20,000 nucleotides of DNA. Origin: an uncultured virus (IMG/VR IMGVR_UViG_3300044953_000168). Taxonomy: Duplodnaviria > Heunggongvirae > Uroviricota > Caudoviricetes. Location of the stretch: the IMG/VR virus record IMGVR_UViG_3300044953_000168; one strand, given 5' to 3'. A program made the position numbers and the translations under genes. The notes beneath the pieces were generated by a model. It was not told the DNA's origin. It did not search any database and saw only the letters and a program-made list of their open reading frames with translations. This document shows, piece after piece, positions 1-7,975 of the stretch; position 1 is the stretch's first letter, and each line of letters starts with the position of its first letter.

Positions 1-1
1 C

Positions 2-997
2 ACCGATATAACAAGTAGGATAGAAAGTATATTAGGGAATGATATAGTCTTAAAGCATACCATCTTAAGTGAACTTGACGGTATACAGGTAACATATCGA
101 TATGTACCAGGTCGTCCGGACCAGATACTGAAATCGTCTATTCAGGTATACAATAGTCTAAATCCATCCAACCGAATATTCTACAAAGAAGGTGTAGACT
201 TCATTGTAAATGAATCTATTGGTGTCATACAAAAAGTACCCACGGGAAGAATAGGAGACATAGCCTATATCAAGTATTCCTATAGGAGCAGTGACTCGTC
301 CCTAAATACATTCACAATGTGGGCCTATGTATCCGGAGACTCGGGTACCCAGATAAAGTTTGACCTAGACCCTTCTTCTAAGAAGAACCGTCTTCAGGTA
401 GATTCAGCCGCTGGCGAAGCCTTCTATGTTAATACTAAAAACGGTATCGTAAACCTTACTAACTCTTCTAGTACTCCAGTTATGTCACAGGGTTGGGTGC
501 AATTTATTGTCAGATCCTTAGATCCAACTAGAAACGTAGCCTTCCGATCTAACCTTATAGATCAGGTTATACAGATGAAGGACGTTAATAAAAAGAAGAT
601 ATTCAACGCCTTCAACTTCTATTTCAATGAGCTAACCGCATTCCGAGAACCAATGGTAGAGAAGACACTTAATCACCTTAAGGTAAATACTCTACTTAAT
701 GATCACAGTAGCTTTGCTATAGATAGCATAACGGATCCACTGAACAGCTATCTAGTTCTTAATTTTAAGCCAAATGAAACCACAGAACTGTATAGCAAGG
801 TGCCCACTGCGGACGCAGACGAGTCTTCTCCGCCCAGCAGCTCTAATGAGGAGTTCCTGCTGGAGTGGTCAGAGCAGCCACTTTCCGATAGCAGACCTGT
901 AGGAATTAAAGTAAAGATAGGTCTAGTTAGAGAACCAAATTCAGATGGTTCATTGACCCCGAAGGTGTTTAAGTACAATCTCAGAGTTGGATCATGA
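2..997 (+). CDS. Putative virion structural (baseplate/tail-associated) protein, 5'-truncated by the window edge
   Basis: The frame of ORF 317..997 is open back to position 2 (TDITSRIESILGND...YKEGVDFIVNESIGVIQKVPTGRIG...), so the gene starts upstream. The YxEGxDFxV segment and the C-terminal 'IKVKIGLVRE...LTPKVFKYNLRV' beta-strand pattern resemble large-phage baseplate/tail proteins. Its stop overlaps the next ATG (ATGA at 994-997). Confidence 0.6.
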   Translation, partial: TDITSRIESILGNDIVLKHTILSELDGIQVTYRYVPGRPDQILKSSIQVYNSLNPSNRIFYKEGVDFIVNESIGVIQKVPTGRIGDIAYIKYSYRSSDSSLNTFTMWAYVSGDSGTQIKFDLDPSSKKNRLQVDSAAGEAFYVNTKNGIVNLTNSSSTPVMSQGWVQFIVRSLDPTRNVAFRSNLIDQVIQMKDVNKKKIFNAFNFYFNELTAFREPMVEKTLNHLKVNTLLNDHSSFAIDSITDPLNSYLVLNFKPNETTELYSKVPTADADESSPPSSSNEEFLLEWSEQPLSDSRPVGIKVKIGLVREPNSDGSLTPKVFKYNLRVGS

Positions 998-1212
998 GTG
1001 ATGAAATCTTTCTAGAAGAAATTCTACTTGGCTTTCTTAGATCAAGCAAGAAGGTAGTATTGTCTAATCTCGATAAAAAGGAAGGGACTGATGCTTATGA
1101 CGTTACAGTATCTTTTACTGTAGCAAAGGACTTTGCATCAACCCTTGCTAATAGTTTGAATAATCAGTTTTCTGATTTCTTTAATAAGAACAATGAACAG
1201 CGAGCTACTTAA
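994..1212 (+). CDS. Hypothetical protein (72 aa)
   Basis: ATGA overlap with the upstream gene, fills the gap to the next gene; no recognisable motif. Confidence 0.65.
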   Translation: MSDEIFLEEILLGFLRSSKKVVLSNLDKKEGTDAYDVTVSFTVAKDFASTLANSLNNQFSDFFNKNNEQRAT

Positions 1213-1486
1213 AAGCAAGAAGTTTAGAACGGCCGTTATTGCGGCCCTTAGCTCTCTCCTTACTTTCCTTGTAAGTAAGTTTGGACTAAACTTAAATGTT
1301 GACGAGATCATCGCCTTGGTAACTGTATTAGTTACCCCCTTCCTAATCTACATCGGTGCTGAGGGTGTCAGTGAGATCCAGGCCAAGAAGGTAGTAGAAG
1401 AGAACAAGGTCCGAGAGAAGATAAGCGAGGAACTCCTCCGGTCTATGATAGATCAAAATAATGATGCGCTCGCAAATGAGAAGTAA
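1193..1486 (+). CDS. Holin-like two-TM membrane protein
   Basis: 97 aa. Basic N-terminus 'LLKSKKFR', two hydrophobic helices (TAVIAALSSLLTFLV; IIALVTVLVTPFLIYIGA) and a highly charged C-terminal tail, which is a class II holin-type architecture. Confidence 0.55.
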   Translation: MNSELLKSKKFRTAVIAALSSLLTFLVSKFGLNLNVDEIIALVTVLVTPFLIYIGAEGVSEIQAKKVVEENKVREKISEELLRSMIDQNNDALANEK

Positions 1487-1496
1487 GGATACGACT

Positions 1497-1739
1497 ATGA
1501 AAAAGAAACTAATACCCCTAGTAATGGCCTGCCTTTTTCTGGCTGGCTGCACCTGCACAGAGTTCAAGGCCTACGTTATAGCTGACCGTCTTAACTATAA
1601 CGCTGACGTTGCGCTAAAAACCTCTCTGATCGACCAGGCGAGTAATATCTCCCAGGAAGACAAGGACACGTTTAAGGCCCGTCTACAGGCTAAGGAACAG
1701 GCTATAACAGAAGCAGAAAAGCTTCTAGGAATTAAGTAA
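1497..1739 (+). CDS. Small lipoprotein (possible o-spanin or exclusion lipoprotein)
   Basis: Re-started at ATG 1497, preceded by TAAGGA at 1484-1489. MKKKLIPLVMACLFLAG|C is a classic signal peptide II with an LAGC lipobox. The mature part is helical/coiled-coil and has a second Cys. Confidence 0.75.
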   Translation: MKKKLIPLVMACLFLAGCTCTEFKAYVIADRLNYNADVALKTSLIDQASNISQEDKDTFKARLQAKEQAITEAEKLLGIK

Positions 1740-1741
1740 CG

Positions 1742-2035
1742 ATGGATAAGTTTGAAGACATCCTCAAAGAGGAAGTTGGTAAAGCCATAGCTTCTATAGA
1801 GGGTCAAATTTCTGATCCTGTACAGAAGCAGGCCATCGTCCGCATGACGCAGCAGCTCGCCCTCCTACCGGCACGTATGGCCCGTGGGGACGACGTGACC
1901 GCCGTCTTTGCAAGCCTCCAGGCTGAGGCAGCCCTCAGAGGTGTCAGTGCCTCCATGAAGGCCCAGAAGGCCTTCCAAGATGCATGGATGAATATTCTCT
2001 TCCGTGTAGCTACAGCGGCTCTTTCTAGTCTATAA
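1742..2035 (+). CDS. Hypothetical Ala-rich helical protein with amphipathic C-terminus
   Basis: 97 aa, 2 nt after the lipoprotein stop; C-terminus AWMNILFRVATAALSSL. Confidence 0.7.
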   Translation: MDKFEDILKEEVGKAIASIEGQISDPVQKQAIVRMTQQLALLPARMARGDDVTAVFASLQAEAALRGVSASMKAQKAFQDAWMNILFRVATAALSSL

Positions 2036-2040
2036 CTTAA

Positions 2041-3357
2041 ATGTCTGATCTCAAAATCATAAATACTGTATCCGTTAGGCGACCCGCCAGATTTAGAGGT
2101 CAGCTCATTAGCGCTGACTATAACGACAGTCAGGAAGAGATAATAACGGATATCCAGGAGCTTAGCAATGTTGTCAATTCTTTGAACGCTAAGCTCACTA
2201 GGTCGATTCTTGTCTTAACGAACGAGAACGCCTACCTGCGCCGTCGGGTGGATGCACTACGGCAACAGCAGACATTCTTAGAGCAGTCTGCAATGAGAGC
2301 AGGGACCACAGCTTACAGGTTCATCGACTTCTCTAACACCGAGGGCATTTCGTTCCCTAACGGACTAGATGATAGTCGGTCAGCGATGCTCTCCTCCGAA
2401 TACGGGGAGATTACTCTCCCTGCTACTTCCATAGAAAATAAGTTCTATGTAACTAGTCTATCGAGTAATAAGATAGTTAGTCCTCCTTTGAATATTACAG
2501 TAACTTCTATATTTGATAAAGGAGCGGGAGAAGGACTTACTAACTATGAGCGTGGTGGCATAGTCAACGCTGGCAATCCTGAGTATGCCTTCAATGGTAT
2601 TAACGAGCTATACTGGGTTCGTAAGGTTGAGTTCCCTATCGACTCGCCTATAGACCAAGTGGAGTGTGACTTGACTGTCACCATCCCAGAAGGCAGTAGC
2701 TCAACTGCTAACCTGATAGAGGTTGTCCCATTCCCGAATGGATCCCTAGACGTAACCGAGCTGGCTACAGCTTCTGACCTTGGAAACAACTTTATCAGAG
2801 TTGATGGGTTCGAAGCTACCGATAACTTTGTAGCCAGACGATATCATTTCCCTGCTGCTGTTGTTGACCAAGTAAAGATAAGACTTCGTCAGAGAAACTG
2901 GGTTGAGGAAAATGGAAAGAAAGTATTCTACTACGGCCTACAAGAGCTAAACGTAAAGCTTGTAGACTATGATAAATCCTATACCCCTGGGTCGAGCTTT
3001 GGTACGAACAACTCGTTCATTTTGTATATACCTGCACCTAAGGGTACCGTATTCCGTGCTATTCAAAGCATAACAGCTACTCCAGACTTCTTAAAGGAAG
3101 ACTTCAGTAAGCGCCACGTGCATGTTAGACTTTGTAGCTCTCTCGACTATAATAACTCTATACTATGGGATAGTGATACCCAGCTGCCGCCACAGCAGCA
3201 GGGAGCGTCATCTATATCTGTTAACTCAAGCGACCTGTATGCCTTTATTGAACTAAACTATGTAGCCAATACAGGTGGCGTGTTGTCCCCCTATACTGTT
3301 GGAACTACTCCTTATCTCCATGGCTTGGGGCTATCCTTTACTTTAGGATCCGCATGA
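2041..3357 (+). CDS. Putative virion structural protein (N-terminal coiled coil, then beta-sandwich domains)
   Basis: 438 aa. 'RFRGQLISADYN' is followed by a heptad region (DIQELSNVVNSLNAKL...LRRRVDALRQQQ) and a beta-rich remainder. Lies in the structural operon. Confidence 0.6.
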   Translation: MSDLKIINTVSVRRPARFRGQLISADYNDSQEEIITDIQELSNVVNSLNAKLTRSILVLTNENAYLRRRVDALRQQQTFLEQSAMRAGTTAYRFIDFSNTEGISFPNGLDDSRSAMLSSEYGEITLPATSIENKFYVTSLSSNKIVSPPLNITVTSIFDKGAGEGLTNYERGGIVNAGNPEYAFNGINELYWVRKVEFPIDSPIDQVECDLTVTIPEGSSSTANLIEVVPFPNGSLDVTELATASDLGNNFIRVDGFEATDNFVARRYHFPAAVVDQVKIRLRQRNWVEENGKKVFYYGLQELNVKLVDYDKSYTPGSSFGTNNSFILYIPAPKGTVFRAIQSITATPDFLKEDFSKRHVHVRLCSSLDYNNSILWDSDTQLPPQQQGASSISVNSSDLYAFIELNYVANTGGVLSPYTVGTTPYLHGLGLSFTLGSA

Positions 3358-3358
3358 C

Positions 3359-3856
3359 ATGGTCGACCTTTCTGGAAGAGTCTCTACTCTTGAGTCTAGT
3401 ATTCTTTTTTTGACTCAGGATCTCCTAAGAAAGGCATATCTTTCTGATCTATCTCAATTAAGTGCAAACTGGAATCAGCAATTAGATATTACTGAGAACA
3501 AGTATATAGAGCTAAACAAGGACCTACAAGAACTACAGAACCTATATTCAAATCTATACTTAGGTGATAGTGCAGGTTTTGATGATCCTGGTAGCACTTC
3601 ATATATAGCTGAATCTTTTGAAACAATAAGCAAAAATCTAAAACAGTATAACTCCACATATATTTATAGTGGAGAGTATTTATCAGGAGTAAGATATAAG
3701 CTATCTTCTTCTAATTTTATATTAAAGAGGTTCTTCTATAACTCCAGCGGAGTTCTACAAAAAATAGAACTTACTGGATTCCCAGTACCTAGCGTCTCCC
3801 TTAACAAAAACTTACTGTACTCTGGTAGTACATTAACTGGAATTACCTACAACTAA
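3359..3856 (+). CDS. Coiled-coil virion/fibre-associated protein, paralog of 7683..7949
   Basis: The N-terminal ~66 aa (MVDLSGRVSTLE...QDLL.K...WNQQ.D...SNL) align with 7683..7949. The C-terminal part has short Tyr/Gly beta repeats (YIYSGEYLSG, FFYNSSGVLQ, LLYSGSTLTG). Confidence 0.75.
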   Translation: MVDLSGRVSTLESSILFLTQDLLRKAYLSDLSQLSANWNQQLDITENKYIELNKDLQELQNLYSNLYLGDSAGFDDPGSTSYIAESFETISKNLKQYNSTYIYSGEYLSGVRYKLSSSNFILKRFFYNSSGVLQKIELTGFPVPSVSLNKNLLYSGSTLTGITYN

Positions 3857-3865
3857 GATAGCAAT

Positions 3866-4393
3866 ATGGCACAAACATATCGAGCAGTCGTAACTGGTAC
3901 CGCGTTCGCTTCATCCAAGTCAATGCTAACGATCTGGAATGGATCTGGCTCGGGAAGAATTGTACGTGTGAAAAGAGTCTGGGTTCTTAATAACCAGACA
4001 GCTGGTGTTACCGGCGTTCTTACTACATTTGAGCTCAGAAGAATCTCTAACTCATCTGGTGGAAGTGCTGGCGCCTCGGTCAAACATGACAGTAACTCCG
4101 AAGCCATCCCGGCACAGATAACGATCACTTCGGGAGCAACGGATACCCTAACAGGTGATCCTGCTCTTATGAAGTTCATGTGGTCTAACGACGAACCTGC
4201 TGCGTCTACGCTCACAAACGATGAAACAGAGTGCATACCTGTATTGTCCTGTGTGTTTGATGCTGCAACAGGAGATGCTGATCTAGAGCCCTTAGTTCTT
4301 AGAGAGACCCAGGGACTGTCTGTTCGACATACAGGGTCCTCGGCGGTAGGCATTGCAGACGTTATAGTCGAATTCACAATGGCGGCGTCCTAA
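3866..4393 (+). CDS. Beta-rich hypothetical virion protein (one copy of a repeated domain)
   Basis: 175 aa, Ser/Thr/Gly rich. Motifs 'KHDSN' and 'EPLVLRETQGLSV' recur twice in the next gene. Confidence 0.75.
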   Translation: MAQTYRAVVTGTAFASSKSMLTIWNGSGSGRIVRVKRVWVLNNQTAGVTGVLTTFELRRISNSSGGSAGASVKHDSNSEAIPAQITITSGATDTLTGDPALMKFMWSNDEPAASTLTNDETECIPVLSCVFDAATGDADLEPLVLRETQGLSVRHTGSSAVGIADVIVEFTMAAS

Positions 4394-5802
4394 TGGTAAA
4401 ACGGCAATACAGAGCAGCGGGAATAGCTTCATGGCAAGCCATGGCTGGCAACGCTCTGCTTGCCGTTGTGAACAAGTCTACCTCGGATAGGCGCCTAATA
4501 ATCAATTCGTTAGAACTATATAATGTTAGTATCCCGATAGCTGCTGGACTGGTGAACATAGTTATTGGTAGATCTACTACAGGCGGAGGTACAGCTATCT
4601 CACTAACAAAAATGGATAGCAATGCATCTCTGCCTAGTGGTATAGAGGTTCGTGTAGGGTCCGGATCTACTATAAGTGGAATTATTAAGTCCACTACCTG
4701 GTATAAGAACTTTAGCCAGGGTGGCCAACCTATTCCACAGAGATGGGGATCCGGAGTTGCTTACACTCAGTATGTCGATCAGTCCTTTAAAGACACCAGC
4801 GTAGAAGCTATTGTTCTCCGTAATGGAGAAAGTATGGCGGTTACAGTAGGAGCGGGTACTACATCTACTAACTTGTTTAGAGTCAGTGGTAAGCTCGTAG
4901 TGGCGGGGTCCCCTAATAGGACCTATCTATTCTCTCAAGACATAGATAGTATGGGGATAGGTTGTGATTTAATATCTATAGTTAACGGATCTGTGTCAAG
5001 CGTAGTACATGTTAAAAATCTGAACATCCAAGAGATAGGTACATTCGATACGCCATACTTACAGGTAGTACCTATTGGGGCCGTGAGCGCTGATGACTTG
5101 GCCGATACTACTAAATATGTAAACATGATGGCCATGGATAGTAACTATGGCGCTTTTGACACCACTAAATGTCTTATACTTAATAATTGTAGTCTTTCGC
5201 CTTACGGGGTGCCATTCTCTTACCTATCCGAGGCTTCTACTCTTACTCCCAAGGGGTATAACTATCTACATACCAAGGACTTTATTGGGCCTTCGTTCTT
5301 TACGTGCTTTACTGAATTTTCAACCTATAGCTCTGCTACTGCAGTAGATACCAGATTAAGCAACACATATAATCACGGGATGACGATCATTACACCTCGT
5401 GATCCGATTGTTGTTAGGCCCGGAGAGGGGATCGCAGTCGTGTCCGCTGCAGAAACCGCAGCAGTGACAACTGCTATAGGTACAGCTGCATGGATGGCTA
5501 TAGACTTTGGTATTACTGTTTCTACTAAACCCCTGTATGATCCTGTAGTAGCTATTACAGGGCTACTCTCTGGATCAGATATTGTGATACTAACAGCAGG
5601 TACGACGACAGAGCTACTAAACGTAGACTCCCACGGCTCTACAAGCTACTCATGGTCTTATGACCCTGACGTGATAGCCGCTATAGATATATGTATATAT
5701 AAGGCAGGATACATTCCTTATATAATAAGAAACTATTCTCCCGGATCATCGGGTGGATCAGTTATTGTTTCTCAGACCGCAGACAGAGCTTATATCCCAT
5801 AA
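4393..5802 (+). CDS. Beta-rich hypothetical virion protein (two copies of the same domain plus a C-terminal module)
   Basis: 469 aa, TAATG overlap with the upstream gene. Copy 1 has KMDSN...EAIVLRNGESMAV; copy 2 has AMDSN...DPIVVRPGEGIAV. The C-terminal module (ITGLLSGSDIVIL...KAGY...ADRAYIP) follows. Confidence 0.75.
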   Translation: MVKRQYRAAGIASWQAMAGNALLAVVNKSTSDRRLIINSLELYNVSIPIAAGLVNIVIGRSTTGGGTAISLTKMDSNASLPSGIEVRVGSGSTISGIIKSTTWYKNFSQGGQPIPQRWGSGVAYTQYVDQSFKDTSVEAIVLRNGESMAVTVGAGTTSTNLFRVSGKLVVAGSPNRTYLFSQDIDSMGIGCDLISIVNGSVSSVVHVKNLNIQEIGTFDTPYLQVVPIGAVSADDLADTTKYVNMMAMDSNYGAFDTTKCLILNNCSLSPYGVPFSYLSEASTLTPKGYNYLHTKDFIGPSFFTCFTEFSTYSSATAVDTRLSNTYNHGMTIITPRDPIVVRPGEGIAVVSAAETAAVTTAIGTAAWMAIDFGITVSTKPLYDPVVAITGLLSGSDIVILTAGTTTELLNVDSHGSTSYSWSYDPDVIAAIDICIYKAGYIPYIIRNYSPGSSGGSVIVSQTADRAYIP

Positions 5803-5805
5803 TAT

Positions 5806-7176
5806 ATGGCCAAGATTACTGACCCAGATGACCTAAACGTAGGTACAGAAATTACGGTAGATACCGCAGCTAAGACGTTTACACTTAACGTCGCAGGCAA
5901 TCTTACCTCCGCAAAAGAAGGAGTAACCTTACAGGCGCTCTATTCTAAGTTTGTAGACTTGTGGCTTAGTGCTACATACAACAAGTATCCATTTCCAATG
6001 TACGTTATTGACTCGTTGTCTGGTCAGTACATCTTCGGATTTGATGGTACTTCCTACAGCGGATGGAAACCTGCTAACGACGCCACTAGGCAGATGCTGC
6101 GTGACGGCGGATGGTCAGAATATTCTGTGGCTGGCGTGTTAAACAGGCAGTATGTAGGTATCGTGTCTCTCGGTAGTGTCAATAGCGGCGCTCAGCTATA
6201 CTATATCAAGGCTACTACTGACGGGCCTAGTAACTTCACCTTCACGGATGCAGCCAACGAAGGTATCCAGGTATATGGTGACGCATCAAACGGCAACTTT
6301 GATAAGCGTACTTACTTCAAAGGATTCGTAAGAGAGTATTCGAAGAAGTATAAAGACTCTACTCTCGATGACACCGCTAAGCCAGGAACGGGGGCATTCA
6401 TTGTTAACCTCCTGCTGTCTAACGAAGACGATCTAAAAATTGGAGCTACTGACGTAGCTGCTACGGGATCTGCCCCGTACTCGGGCATAAACGTTTCCTA
6501 TTTTACAGGTAATGTTCCTAAAATAATAGGTGGAACTCCATATAACTTCAATAAAGTTATTAATGGACAGAATGCTACTGCTGAACAGATCTACACTAAG
6601 ATTCAGTATCTTTTACGATTTACAGGAAATATTAATCATACAGGGACATATGGAGCTGTTACTGGCAAGGTAGCGAATTCTCTGCTGTCCTTTGTAGGAG
6701 ATACACTATATACAGCTTCTGGTGTATACATAGATAACTATGATAATAACGACATTAACAGAATTGTTTTTACTACTAATACTAATACTCAAGTAAGCGA
6801 GCCATTTACTGCTGGAGGTACACTATCATTTAACTCCTTCCTTACTGAAGTAAGTAGTGGATACTACAGAATGTATATGTCAGACTACACCGGTAGCCTT
6901 AGTGGGTATAACTATGGGCAGGCCAGTGGCGTTACAGTACTTAATGCGTCTAACGTAGCAATAGCAGGTACTATTACTTCCTCGTCAATCTCTTGGACGT
7001 TTGCATATGATACCAACGCTCAGTCCGGACGCACACCGGCAGAAGACTGCCAAGTAACAGTAGTGGCAGGTAACGCAGGATATGCTAAGCCTGTTGTTAC
7101 TACTCACACAATTACCCGAAGCGTTGGTCAGAATATTTCACTAGTAGCGGAACAGGATCGAGGGTACCTACAATAG
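5806..7176 (+). CDS. Putative virion structural protein
   Basis: 456 aa, Thr/Gly/Ser/Asn rich and beta-strand-like. N-terminal segment is similar to 7186..7677; C-terminus 'NAGY...QDRGYLQ' is similar to that of 4393..5802. Confidence 0.7.
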   Translation: MAKITDPDDLNVGTEITVDTAAKTFTLNVAGNLTSAKEGVTLQALYSKFVDLWLSATYNKYPFPMYVIDSLSGQYIFGFDGTSYSGWKPANDATRQMLRDGGWSEYSVAGVLNRQYVGIVSLGSVNSGAQLYYIKATTDGPSNFTFTDAANEGIQVYGDASNGNFDKRTYFKGFVREYSKKYKDSTLDDTAKPGTGAFIVNLLLSNEDDLKIGATDVAATGSAPYSGINVSYFTGNVPKIIGGTPYNFNKVINGQNATAEQIYTKIQYLLRFTGNINHTGTYGAVTGKVANSLLSFVGDTLYTASGVYIDNYDNNDINRIVFTTNTNTQVSEPFTAGGTLSFNSFLTEVSSGYYRMYMSDYTGSLSGYNYGQASGVTVLNASNVAIAGTITSSSISWTFAYDTNAQSGRTPAEDCQVTVVAGNAGYAKPVVTTHTITRSVGQNISLVAEQDRGYLQ

Positions 7177-7185
7177 GTATTTTTA

Positions 7186-7677
7186 ATGGCCTTCCAGTTT
7201 GATGGAGAAACCAAGATTATCAGCTTATCCCTCGGCACTACATCCATGTCCATTAGGGACTTGTGGAGCCGATGGGTAGATTGGTTCCTAACTGGTGACA
7301 ATTCTAAATATCCTGTTGCAATGGAACAGGTAGGTGGCAACCCTGTAAACGTTACAGATGGAGTCTACATTCCTGTATACATCTTCTTGTATAACGGATG
7401 GAAGCTTAGGCCCCAGGAAGCTACGCATACCCTAAACGTAAAGGACGGTATATTGGTAGTTAACGGAGGGGGAGATCCTTTCGTTAACACTTTAGGAACG
7501 TTCATAGTCCGGGTAAACTACAGTCAGCCGGTCCAGGCGCTTACTGTGGCCACGGGCGGAGGTAGCGGTGGAGCTACCCTAAGCGAGATAGAGAATAGCT
7601 CTATATTAGCTAAAGAAGCTACAGTACTATCCAGTACGACTAGTCTTAAGAACCATATAACTGCGATGACGCAATAA
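7186..7677 (+). CDS. Putative virion structural protein
   Basis: 163 aa. 'IRDLWSRWVDW...NSKYPVAM...NGWK' parallels the N-terminus of 5806..7176. Gly linker ATGGGSGG near the C-terminus. Confidence 0.7.
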   Translation: MAFQFDGETKIISLSLGTTSMSIRDLWSRWVDWFLTGDNSKYPVAMEQVGGNPVNVTDGVYIPVYIFLYNGWKLRPQEATHTLNVKDGILVVNGGGDPFVNTLGTFIVRVNYSQPVQALTVATGGGSGGATLSEIENSSILAKEATVLSSTTSLKNHITAMTQ

Positions 7678-7682
7678 CTAAT

Positions 7683-7949
7683 ATGACAGATCTTTCTGGA
7701 AGAGTAACTACGCTAGAGAATGTTTATACCCAAATGTTACAAGACCTACTTAACAAGGTAGGTGTTGATACTTACTCTAATCAACTTATTATATGGAATC
7801 AACAATATGATCAGTTTGAATCTACACTAAACGACATATCCACTAAGGTGTCGGTACTGATAGGGTTAGTCAGTAACCTCCATATTCAGCAAGCTGCTAA
7901 CTTCGCCTTATTCACTGGTCATACTGGAAACGCTTCGATGCATTCGTAG
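7683..7949 (+). CDS. Short coiled-coil protein, paralog of the 3359..3856 N-terminus
   Basis: 88 aa, MTDLSGRVTTLE...QDLLNK...WNQQYD...SNL. Ends in FTGHTGNASMH, resembling the TGHIGDTSIH motif of the downstream fibre repeats. Confidence 0.75.
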   Translation: MTDLSGRVTTLENVYTQMLQDLLNKVGVDTYSNQLIIWNQQYDQFESTLNDISTKVSVLIGLVSNLHIQQAANFALFTGHTGNASMHS

Positions 7950-7975
7950 TGGTGGTGAGGTCCCTTCACTAAATG
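7941..7975 (+). promoter_or_regulatory. Possible hairpin covering the SD-like sequence and start codon of the fibre gene
   Basis: CATT(7941-44) can pair with AATG(7972-75) and TAGTG(7947-51) with CACTA(7967-71), enclosing GGTGAGGT (7954-61). Judged by eye only; no folding energy computed. Confidence 0.3.
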
